A program made the position numbers and the translations under genes. The notes beneath the pieces are model-generated. The model was not told the DNA's origin. It did no database searches and saw only the letters and a list, made by a program, of their open reading frames with translations. DNA of 63,366 nt, counting the filler, from Neoconidiobolus thromboides FSU 785 (lineage: Eukaryota; Fungi; Entomophthoromycota): assembly GCA_025603075.1 (NCBI GenBank). It is 5 parts of 5 records of this genome, joined end to end, with 100 filler letters (N's around TTAATTAATTAA, not from the genome) between each part and the next. Parts side by side here need not be neighbours in the genome. Positions count along the whole stretch, not along the records: positions 21,366 to 53,067 come from MU626475.1; 4 more parts are not named here. One strand, written 5' to 3'. Below, in pieces: positions 36,795-47,950 of this stretch (position 1 is the first letter of the stretch; every line of letters begins with the position of its first letter).

Positions 36795-37458
36795 CGATAA
36801 TTATTTGCATAAAACAGAATGGTCTTGTATTTATGCATAAGAACATTTTTGAAAAGGCAATAAATTAAATAAAACTTGTTATTAGAGTTAGTATACCCAA
36901 GGTCTAATTTTCCGGTTTTAGTTTCTTGAAAAATTATAAATTAAGTAAAAATACTATTAAGATATTTGCTCTTTTGCTTAAACAAACAATATGGTAACGC
37001 CTTTTTACTGTAGGATTTAACTGTAAACTTTTTGAGTTTTGCTAAATATAAAGATGAACAAGAAAGTTTAAAAAAGTCCAATTTTCATATGAGTTTTGTA
37101 ATTGATACTATAATTACAATGATATTTTTAGTAACCTCTATTTTCATTAATCCAAAAACTAGATTATAAATCTATACATGATAGGAAAATTATTTTAAGA
37201 ATTAACTTTATTCTTACAAGGTAACTACTTAAAGATCAAAACTCTAACACTACCATGAAGAAACCCAATATTAGGTTAATTATTATATATAGTTATGTCC
37301 CTTACATAACTGATAGTTTTATTAATTATATGATAAACCCAGATTTATTGTAATTCTTAATTTATAAAACTATGCAACTATATAAAAATCATAGCGATAT
37401 ATAATAGCTGATGTAACAATTGTTTTTTCTGATTAGAAACTACTTTTTTAAAAATCGA

Positions 37459-37564
37459 ATATGGGGCTGTTTTTTTTAGTTTCATTATTTTTCCATTTTT
37501 TAAGCGCTATTTATGTGGAAAAATTGTCAGTAAAATTCTTAAATACAAAAATACATTCCCAAAT
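37459..37564 (-). mobile_element. MITE-like family A copy (near-identical to 19763-19868)
   Basis: Its reverse complement differs from the 19763 copy at only about 3 terminal positions. Confidence 0.9.
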
Positions 37565-38177
37565 ACTCTTATAGTTTAAAAAGCTTATTTTTAATTTTAG
37601 TTATTTAAAACATTTCCTTTTAAGAATATAAAAAAAATTATATTGAAACATCCATCTTTATAATCATTAGAGTTCAATTATAGACACTTGCATAAATTAA
37701 TATCGATACTTAGTATTAATTTGCTAAATAATTGATTATTTAAAATCTCAACATTATTTGTATTAGTCTTTGAGCTCAAATATACTTTTATAAATTCTTG
37801 TTAAAACTTACAAGTTTTTTAAACTTGCTGAGCTGCCTCAAAAAAATATTTGAAATCTTTGAAAATAATCATTTGTCAAATTTTTAATAAAAACCAGACA
37901 CTTTAACTTACATAAAACATCTATTACCAACCTTTAATAACTATGTAGAAAAACCAATATGATTATAAAGTTATAGGGGTATTTCGAAGGTTCTTGAAGC
38001 TTTTTTGAATAAGGGTAAATCTAAGAATATAAAACTACAATAGATAAAAATATTTGCTGCAATTTTTTTTAGACAAAATAGACAATTGAAATATCAACAA
38101 TTAGATAAAACTTACCATTGTAACTAATATATTCGTTAGCTTTTCAAACCTGAAACTACAAAAACTTCTGAAAAAAC

Positions 38178-38281
38178 CATAAGATTGTCTTTTTTAGTAC
38201 CACCACTTTTTCCATTTTTTAAGCCCTATTGAGAGAGGGAAATGTTAGTAAATTTCTTAAATAAAAAAGACATCCTCATAT
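38178..38281 (-). mobile_element. MITE-like family A copy (diverged)
   Basis: tttttccattttttaagccctattgagagagggaaatgttagtaaatttcttaaat...acatcctcatat. Confidence 0.75.
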
Positions 38282-38615
38282 AATAAAACCTTAAGTTTAA
38301 AAAGGATACTTTTAGTGTGTTTACTAAATGTATAGTTAATAACTTGTAAAATTAATTCATAAATAATAGACGATAAATAAACATTTTGATGAAATAATTA
38401 ATTTTAGGCATAAACGTTTGAATTTGAGGCGTCAGCCTTTCAAGAAATAAGACATAATCATAATATGTTTGAACTTTTACTGCATTAAGTAGTTAAATAA
38501 AGTCTTTAAGTCGATCTCAAAAGCAATGCATATAGTATTTAAAAACTATATAAAATTACAATATCATAAATTCAAATCTAAATTTTTAATTCATTTGATC
38601 CCTGTTTATTATAAA

Positions 38616-39638
38616 ATGGTCGATGCTGGAGAAATTTTTATGTTGATACAAGATTTGATAGGTATTATAGTTAACTGTGCAATGTTTTATATAATTGTTG
38701 TAAAACTGAAGTTAAAGGGCATAGATTTGAAATTGATACTTGTAATTGGAATTCTTGATTGTTTGTTTTTTATAAACTCGGTACTAAGGATATCTTTAAT
38801 AACTTGGTTTAACCAAAATTTGAAATTGCTTCCAACTTGGTGGTGCGGTTGGGATTCTACATTGACATTAATAACATTGGAAACTTCATTTGAATTAGTC
38901 GCTATATTAAGTTTGATGAGATATTTTACGATTTGTACTAAATATAAGCCTCCAATCTTATTCTGGGTCTTGATCTCACTCTTGTCTTTTTCAATTTCAG
39001 TGATAGCACCATCATATGCGTTTAAGTATAATGATCCCTTTTCATGGTCAGCCTCAAAATTAATTTGTTTACCGTTGCCTAAACCATCAGCACATAATTT
39101 AGATTATGCTAAATTTTTGTACTCTTTCTTTATGGCTAGATTTATATTCGATATATTGGTTATTGTATTTTGTTACTTGAATATAACTTTAAAATATAAT
39201 AAGGCTATCTCAATTAATTTCTATGATACCACGACAGTCTATCAGCAACGAAATCTTCAAATTCCCTACAATGATACCATACACGATGTCCAATCAATTC
39301 AGAGCTCCGACTTTAAATGTGACGAACATACTAATAAACAAATTAGAAAAATTCGTACTTCCACTACCATAAAACTATTGACTATAGTTATTGCCTATAT
39401 AGTATGCATATTACCCAACTCAATACTTTCATTAAAGATAGCATTAAAACCTGAACCAATCAACTCGAATTTAGTGACTTGCACTCATATATTGATTTCG
39501 TTTGTTGGGATTATCAATCCATTATTTGTACTTTTGGTACATGAACCATCTCGTCGTCAGCTGATTAGATTAACACCTTTCATATTTCCAAATAACAACA
39601 AAAAAATACATAAATTTCCTTACTTTAGGCACCCTTAA
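38616..39638 (+). CDS. Class A (rhodopsin-like) 7TM GPCR, intronless; paralogue 3 (more diverged)
   Basis: ATG at 38616 (MVDAGEIF aligns with MSYVGEII and MGYAGEIV); LGILDCL, WCGWD...SLMRY, FCY, CILP, GIINPLF. Confidence 0.85.
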   Translation: MVDAGEIFMLIQDLIGIIVNCAMFYIIVVKLKLKGIDLKLILVIGILDCLFFINSVLRISLITWFNQNLKLLPTWWCGWDSTLTLITLETSFELVAILSLMRYFTICTKYKPPILFWVLISLLSFSISVIAPSYAFKYNDPFSWSASKLICLPLPKPSAHNLDYAKFLYSFFMARFIFDILVIVFCYLNITLKYNKAISINFYDTTTVYQQRNLQIPYNDTIHDVQSIQSSDFKCDEHTNKQIRKIRTSTTIKLLTIVIAYIVCILPNSILSLKIALKPEPINSNLVTCTHILISFVGIINPLFVLLVHEPSRRQLIRLTPFIFPNNNKKIHKFPYFRHP

Positions 39639-39803
39639 GTTTCATATAGCATTAACGTGGTCATTGATTGTCTTGTTTTAATTATTATTGTTTATCATAA
39701 TAAAATTATTTTCATATTATCCAAATATGAACTTTAAACTAAAAACATAATTGTTTTTAATTTTTATTATAATACCTAAAATTGAAAAGAATGAATCTAA
39801 AAA

Positions 39804-39875
39804 TAGCATCTGAAGGTTTCGATCCTTCGACCTCGGGGTTATGAGCCCCGCGCGCTTCCTCTGCGCCAAGATGCT
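39804..39875 (-). tRNA. Initiator tRNA-Met (CAT)
   Basis: AGCATCTTGGCGCAGAGGAAGCGCGCGGGGCTCATAACCCCGAGGTCGAAGGATCGAAACCTTCAGATGCTA: A1-U72 pair, GGG/CCC anticodon stem, ATCGAAA T-loop, all eukaryotic initiator hallmarks. Confidence 0.96.
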
Positions 39876-40194
39876 TTCTATAACCATAAGAAAATTTTTA
39901 TATAAAAATTTTTTAAAAGTGTCCTCAGTTTATTAAAATAAAATGAAATGAATTTTTAATAGCGAACATTTAATACTTTACATCTAAAAAGACTCTTATT
40001 ATAATTTAATCTGCTATTGTATTGTTTCCATACTATTTTGGTTTTTCTAACCATTTTTGTGACTTTTTACTGCGGAAATTAAAAAAAGTTAGAGTAGCAA
40101 GCCAATTAAATCTGCCTAATTTATAATATTAAAGCAATAATTTAAACCCTTATCTTTTTCTTTCATTAAGTCTAGTAGTAAATAAAATTAAAAA

Positions 40195-42282
40195 ATGAGA
40201 GGAAGAAGAAAATCAAAAGGAGAAATTTCTAGAGGAATTCGAAGGTCAAATTCAAAGCCTAAGAACTTTTCAAATCATGATATCTATTTAGATGGTGATG
40301 AACTGATCTCATTTGCTGAGCTACAAAAGTTTACAAGCAATAATAATAACTTTGTAAATCAAGTTCAACTACTCAATTCAGGAAACTCAAGGAGAAAAAT
40401 GAAAAGTAATAAAAGGGATATTAGTACCAATAGCAGAGATAGCAATGATAATAACAAGAACTACAATAATGGAAATGAGCCTTTGAAAATTGGCGGAATG
40501 GAATTGATAGTCGAAAATGATTATATCGACACAACTAGTAATCTAAGTTATAACGTAATTATTTTAATAATTCAAAACTTAAAATTAAACCTGTTTAGAA
40601 CATTTTCCAAAGTAATAAAAAGAATCTTAACTCCAAACGACATAAAAGTGATGTGAATAGAAATTCAAAAAGCAAAAGCAAAAGCAAAAGCAAAAGCAAA
40701 GAAAATTACCAGCAATCAAATAGCCAAGGCAAAAACTCTAAAAAGAATGGGAAAAATACTATTTCTAATAATAGTGTTGCATTTGTTAAAGCCATTAAAG
40801 GTATTTAATATTAGAAAATTTAGTATATTCTTATCATCTTTAAAGAATCAAGCGAAGATGATGAAAGCGATTGGCCATCCTACGATACTTCAGATGAGGA
40901 AGGCCCATCAAGTGGAGTTAAAAAGAGTAGCTCAATCGAAGAAACAGTAATTAAAGTTCATTCTTGATATTTATTTTTAACACAATATGTAGGAGACAAA
41001 AGAAGTTCTTAGTTTAAGTGATACATTTAGTAATATAGTAGAAAATGTAGATGATATTTTATCAGATATGGCATCGCCATTCGAAGGCTTTTCAGATGAA
41101 ATGGTTCGGGATGAAAGAAGTTCACCACAAGGGAACTCGATCAAAAGTGAGATATACTCAAAAGAGGAACAAAATTTTAATAACATTATAACAAAATTAG
41201 AAAATATAAATTTGGACTCTTTAATTACTTTGGATACTCTAGGAGGGTATGCGGAACATACTGGTAATCAAAATGCGATCAATCAATCAAGTATATTTAT
41301 AAAGCATCAAGGATCTAAAGAAGCCATTATAATATCTGACGGAGAAAAGTTTGATGAAAAAGAGATTGATTGCGAAAATTTGTCATTGGAAAATCAAGAA
41401 GGAAAGAACGTTATTGAATTATCAGATGAAAACAGTTATAATAGTAGCGATTCAGATGGTTATACTAGTGATTCAGAAAACATTGAAGTTGATTTTACTG
41501 ATTCTGATAATGATAGCAAAATTCAAGATTATCTTGACAATATGTCGATTGAAGCAATGAAGTTGAATGTAGTAGATATTGATGATGATAGGGATATGTA
41601 TATAGACGACCCATCATTTGAGTTCAAGCAAGGATTCTTCTATGCCATCAATGCTATACTTAAAGAGTATCCTCAACTTGATCAAGAAGAAGCGCTTTCA
41701 AATATGAAAAAGAAATATCCTGAAATGTTTAAGCAACGAGAAAAGAAAAGTAAAAATAAAGCTAATTCAATAAGCAAAGAAAGCCATGTAAAAGTACATA
41801 AAACAAAAAGTACAAACGTTATGTCACAGATATTCTTTGACTTTTTAGTAGCAAAGGATAAGCGCAAGATTGAATTTCCACCTGTTAGTAAGGATTTGGT
41901 TAATAAATTGCTTATGATGGGCAGTGAACACGGCTTGGTTGCCAATTGCTCTGGGAAAGGAAAAAAGAAAGTAGTGACATTAATCAAAACAAAACGTACT
42001 GTTATACCTTCAAGTATTAAAGAGATTGATTTGCTAGCCTATTCTAACATCAAGAAGAAAAATGTGACTATTAGTAAGAGAACTGAAAAGTCAATTTCTG
42101 TAACTGGAGGTAGTGGATTAAAGGTAAATAAAGCACCACCAATTGCAGTATCTAATGTAGGCCATAAATTACTTTCTAAGATGGGCTGGGCACCGGGACA
42201 AAAGCTAGGTACAAACGATAATGGGTTGCTTATACCTATCCAACCTCAAGCTAGGAAAAGAAATTCTGGGCTTGGATCTTGA
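40195..42282 (+). CDS. SQS1: SQS1/Pfa1-like G-patch protein with a degenerate R3H-like domain, multi-exon
   Basis: Long acidic and basic low-complexity N-terminus, FPPVSK...SGKGKKKVVTLIKTKRT (R3H-like), and terminal G-patch IAVSNVGHKLLSKMGWAPGQKLG...GLLIPI...RNSGLG. Confidence 0.75.
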
Positions 42283-42528
42283 AGTATAGTTATATACTTG
42301 CTAGCTGCAAAAATTATATTAAAATGTCAAGATATTGATTTAAATTTGCTTTTATTCATGGTTGTAAATGCTTTATAATCTATTTTCTTTATTTTCGCGG
42401 TTAAGTTTATATCAAATATTACTTGTCAAAATTTTTCAAGTCAATACTGTAACTTCAAAATGTAATTTTATGTTACAATAAATTTTTAATCAAAATCATA
42501 CTACTTTATTGATAATAAAACAACACCT

Positions 42529-44834
42529 TTATTCATTGTTAATCTTTTGATAAAGTTCATCAATGTGTTTTTGATACTTCGATTTAAGATCATGACGTTT
42601 AAGCTTAAAACTAAAAGAACAAATTAATAAATTAATAAATTAGTAAAAACGAACTTACGTTGGTGTGATAAGATTATTTTCAATACTAAACGGCTCATGT
42701 TCAACAAAGATACCAAATACTTTTTCGAATCTAAAATGAAGTTAGACCATTATCTTTAACATTTAAATAAATTACTTACCCAGCTAATTTAGTACGGGTT
42801 TCAATATTTTTGATCTCTTTCAACAAAGCTTCATTTACCTTTGGATGTTGACAGAGTTGTTCAATGCTTAATTGTTCACTGCCTCCAACAATGGATTTTG
42901 CCCATTCTGGAAAGTTTTCTGCATCCGGCACAATAACAGCGACTAGCTTGCTTTGGAATGAATCACCATAGACAAATGCTTGAGCTATGTATTTTGTAGT
43001 TGCATAAATATTTTCAATCTTTTCGGGTGAAATATATTCTCCTATTAGATTAAATTAAATTAATATATACTCAATTCATATCTTGTTCATTAAATTACCT
43101 TGAGATAATTTGAAGATATTCTTTATACGATCAATAATAACCGGGAACCTATGACGATTAAGAGTAGCAATATCCCCAGTATGGAACCAACCCTCTTCAT
43201 CAATTGCTTCTTTTGTTTTTTCAGGTTCATTAAGGTATCCTTTAAATATATTATATCCTCTTATACATAACTCCCCTCTAGCAAAAGGTTTATCTGTTGA
43301 TAAGTAGTTCATTGAAGGAACATCAACTAACTTGAATTCATTACTAAAAAATCGTAAATGAAGATAAAAATTGAGTTTAAAGTTGAATTACCAGAATAGT
43401 GGTGGCCCAACGGCCCCTGCTTCATTATCGCCTCTTACTGTAAGTAAAGAAGCTGCACAAGTTTCAGTAGTACCGAAACCTATTTTTACCAATTAAGTAC
43501 ATTTCATTACAAAAAAAAGTCGATTTACCTTCACAAATATCAAGACTTAAACAAACTCTTAAAAATTCCATAACTTTTGGTGATAAAGGTGCTGAACCTG
43601 TAAGCATAAACTTAAGCCTGCCACCTAAAACTTGACGAACTTTATTGAAGACTAAAGGATCCCAAATAGGGTGTTCAACTCCGTTACCCTCTTTATAATA
43701 TTGTAACTTCTTCTGATAAGCGATTCTGAACAACGCAGGTCCCAATCCTTGTCCATGTAAGCCTTTAGCGGCAATTGCATCATAAATACGATTCAATAAT
43801 CTAGGTACTGAGTTCATAGCAGTGGGCTTAAGTACAGCACAATCATCCATTAACTTGGTAATATCACCACAATAAAACCCTATGGATGCACCAGTATATA
43901 AAAATGCATATAAAGAACAACGTTCAAAACAGTGAGGTAGCGGAAGGAAACTCATATATACAACATCTTCCTCACCTCTAGGAATACCTGCTCTTTGATA
44001 GGCCCCAAGAGCAGCACTTGAATTGTTGGCATGAGTTATAATCGCTCCCTTTGGTTGACCTGTGGTTCCTGAAGTATAGCAATAAGTGTAAATATCCTCT
44101 GGTAACGGTGGATTGGCTACGACAGGGTTTTGCTTCCCGATAGCTAACACTTCATTAAAATCGAGTAACTTAATATTGCAAGAAGCTGCCCAGGACTTTA
44201 AAATATTAGAAGAAGAAGCTTCATCTTTGTTATTGCTAAATGGATCCATGCTGATTATAACTTTCAATCCTGGAAGGTTAGGAGCACTCTTTAATAGCTT
44301 TGGAATACGTTCTTGACTACATACAATCAAAGGTACTTGAGAATGATTGATTACGTATTCCAAAGTTTCTTGACCATAAGTATCAAATAAAGCTACATTG
44401 ATAAGGCTTTGTGAAATTAAAGCAAAGTCGGTAATGACCCATTCAGTACGATTGGCAGAGAATAAACCTACAGTTTTACCTTTTAAATCGTCGAGCTTGC
44501 ACTCATTTTTATACAAATAGACTAATCCAGAACTGAGGTCTGAAGTTAATTTTTCGACTTCAGAGTAAGTGATCCATTCATAAGGTCCAAATACACCGGT
44601 TTGTGGGTCCTTATTTCTGGTCCCAAAGCAATTTTGTTTTCCATACGCTTTAAAAGCATATTGTGTAAACTCATAAAATGTTCTTGGTTCACCTTCTCTG
44701 TAAGCAACGAGCTCTTCTTTATAATCTCCAGTACGGAATATACCAGTTTGTCCAGACTTACGGCTGTTTGGTACCTCAACACAGAGCTGGTCCAATTTCA
44801 AGCCTTCTTTTACTGTTAATGTTTTTACTACCAT
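42529..44834 (-). CDS. Long-chain fatty acyl-CoA synthetase (ACSL/FAA-like), multi-exon
   Basis: [58 protein letters not shown]; final exon [23 protein letters not shown] ends at 42529. Confidence 0.95.
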
Positions 44835-45398
44835 GCTATTTTACAAATAAATTGAAATTGAAATTTGATGTATTTGTAGTTTAATACTTGTTTTTTTATT
44901 CTTAGACCAATCATTGGATGCTTGGAATTTGATTATTGTGTTTTATAGCATTTTCTTTCCATTTGATTGTTGAACATAACTGTAGAGTTTGCTTGATTAA
45001 GTAGAAATGCTCATCATTCTTTTTTGTGAATTGGCCAATTAATTTTGTAAAAATTGAACTTTTGACGTCTAATTTTTCCGAAACAAAAAGCCAATTTAAA
45101 TTTTTAAAGCAACTGTCTATATAAATAATAGAGCATTAACCTTATATAATAATGTTTTAATTATATTATTTATAGATACTATTTTATAGAAACAAATAAC
45201 ACCATGATATATAATATATTAAATAAAATACTTCAGCTATATTTCGAATTAGTTCAATGGAAATAAACTCCACACCTATGTTCTTTTTTTGCACTAATGA
45301 TTTAATAATCTATTTTCCACTCAAAAATTGTGGATAATAAAAGTTGGCTATGTTATTATATTAATAATACTATACTGTTACTATCATTAATTTATTGT

Positions 45399-46960
45399 TT
45401 ATTTATTAAATAAAATTTTTTCAAGATTAGTGCGATTTAAATCTAAAGAGGAGATTGAAGATAAATTTGAGATGGAAGTAGCAGAAAGTTCAGATAATCC
45501 GAACGAATGAGCTTTTGGAGGTGCATTTAACAATTCTTTTTGTTTTTGTTTTTCGAAATCCTGGTTCATATTTTTAATTGACATTTTGCGCAATGTTTTT
45601 AAGCTAGGTACCTTATCCTCTTCATAATGTTTTAATATTGATGGTTGCGTCAAGTTTGTATGTGAGATTAAGTCTTGGTTTAATTGGTTGGCCGATTTAG
45701 ATAAATAGTATTCAGAAATGGTCTTAAGGATCGTTGTACCTTGACTTTTTAGGCCTATAATTTCTTTTAAGTTCTGGGTAAAGTTTGCATTTTGATGAAA
45801 GTTATTATAATATTTGGGATTCAGTTTCATACATATATAAATTACTAAGATCATATAAATTAAACTTATTGTTCCATTATCTGCCATGACTCCAATTGCT
45901 CCTTTTTTGCTATTAAAGTTTATTAACTAAAGTCAATATATAATTAAGTTAATTACTTACTAATAAGTTAAATCATGGATTATATCTATGCAATTTATAT
46001 CAGTATCAATGAATTACCAAATTATAATATTATTCCAACTTACCACTACTAACTAATATATTAACAAAGATAGTAACGTAGTTTGGTAGCTCTAGTAGCT
46101 AATATATAATGTTATTCTAATTCGATTTAATTAATATTAAGATCCTTACTAATACTAAGGCACATAGTGTTGACTTTGAGAGCACTAGCGTAAGATCGGT
46201 TTCAAAGGTGGAATGAAATAAGAAAATAATATAAATAACAAAGATCGAGCTTAGTATAGTACTAAGATCCAAATAAAATAATGGAGAAGTAAAATGCAAG
46301 TCGTGGGGACAATGATCTATTTTGGGCACCAAAATGAATTTAAGTAAGGTAGTAATAATCGAGATAATAGGAAGCTGACTGATAGCCAGAAAAACTTTCG
46401 GTAAAAATGAAGGTTTTGCTGGTTGATATTTGATTTTACAAAAGGGAAAAATTAATCTTCTTTGTTTTCGATTCGCTACTATCTCTTTCACCTTCATATC
46501 ATCCTTTTCTAATATATGTACCATCATCTTTAGTACTTGTAGCATCAATACTCCATTATACGTTTTATTTAAATTTTTTAAATAAATGTCTAAGAAAGGA
46601 AAGCGGTAACTCACGATTGAGAATATAATCATTACCGGTACACTAGTTAATATTTGCAAAATCGGTACTTGCAATTCCTAATAAAACATAAAACATAAAA
46701 TATTGATTGTAATAAAAAAGATGAAGCCAACCTTAGTATAATATTTTATGTGTATATAAATGTGATAGATCGCAAAACCTGCAGTAACAATTCCAATACC
46801 TCCGATTAAACATAGTATACTATAACTTGCTAAAACAGGATAAAAAATTAGCTACCTTGATAAGCTTTAGCTTTTAATATTTACTTATTATCTCTGCCAA
46901 ATGCTGTTCGCTACCAAACGTGCCTTCTTTTAAATGATTATAATAACAGCTTTCTGACAT
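45399..46960 (-). CDS. TMEM184 / organic solute transporter OST-alpha family membrane protein, multi-exon
   Basis: AIYHIYIHIKYYTK|ELQVPILQILTSVPVMIIFSIVSYRF...TY matches the family's H.Y..P..Q..IiRIL.mVP pattern; charged cytosolic tail. First splice junction is uncertain. Confidence 0.72.
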
Positions 46961-47327
46961 TAAATGAGTATAAAATATAATAATAGTAAATTATAAATTT
47001 TTTCTTCATTCATTTTTATTTTTCATTATATTTGAAACTTGTCTTTTGTTTTAAATTTAAATTTTGACTTCGGTAACTTTATGCTTCTTAATTTTAATCA
47101 CTTTGAAAGTAATTTCAAGTCTTGGAGTTTCATCTTTAGATTGGGTTTTAACAATTTTTATTCCGCTTTGAGAAAATAAAACACTTAATTTTTTGAGTTA
47201 TTTATTTTTAAAAATAGATATAAAGTATTTTATGCATTGCCTTTTAAAAACGTTTTTTTTTATAAATCGATATTTATTTCACAACAAGATATTATCTAAC
47301 CGCTAGAAAAGTAGGTTTATTCTGTTA

Positions 47328-47430
47328 ACATGGTGATAATCTTCTTGTTTAAGAAATTTGCCACAATCTTTTCCACTTATTAGCGCTTAGAACTGGAAAA
47401 GCAATGAAACTAAAAAGGATATTTCCATAT
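47328..47430 (+). mobile_element. MITE-like family A copy (diverged)
   Basis: ttgtttaagaaatttgccacaatcttttccacttattagcgcttagaactggaaaagcaatgaaactaaaaagg...ttccatat. Confidence 0.7.
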
Positions 47431-47950
47431 TCTGTTTTATAATTCTGAGTTTCGAAAAAATTGCAAAAATTTATACTATTATAGTAGTGATATTGTTTTT
47501 GAATACAGTGTTATAATTAAGGTCGCTTTTGAAAGCATTAATACATTGTTTATTACAATTAACATTAAGATAAATCATAATAAGTCCTTATTATTATGAG
47601 CATACTTTTTATTTGATTTGAAATGGGTTTTGTACATTAGTACTAATATAGAATGGATAAAATCTAATGAAAGAGGGATCTTATACTATTAATAATAAAA
47701 CTCCAACTTTAATATTTAATCGATAAAATATTGACAATAAAACAAATATTGAATTGTATTAAACTTTTGTAAACTCCAAATATTTGCTAGCTATTAGAAT
47801 CATCTAAAATTGACCAATATTCCAAACAAAGTTGCCCAAAAGGCGCAAGATTTCACACACAACTGAGAAATTCGTAGTTTTGAGCAAAAAAAATTTAAAT
47901 GGCAAATTTTAAATAAGTTGGTTATCTCACCTTTACTTAATTTGCGACAT

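Noticed and set aside
40669-40700. (AAAAGC)n microsatellite
   Set aside because: Lies within an SQS1 exon as a Lys/Ser-type low-complexity run; ordinary coding repeat.
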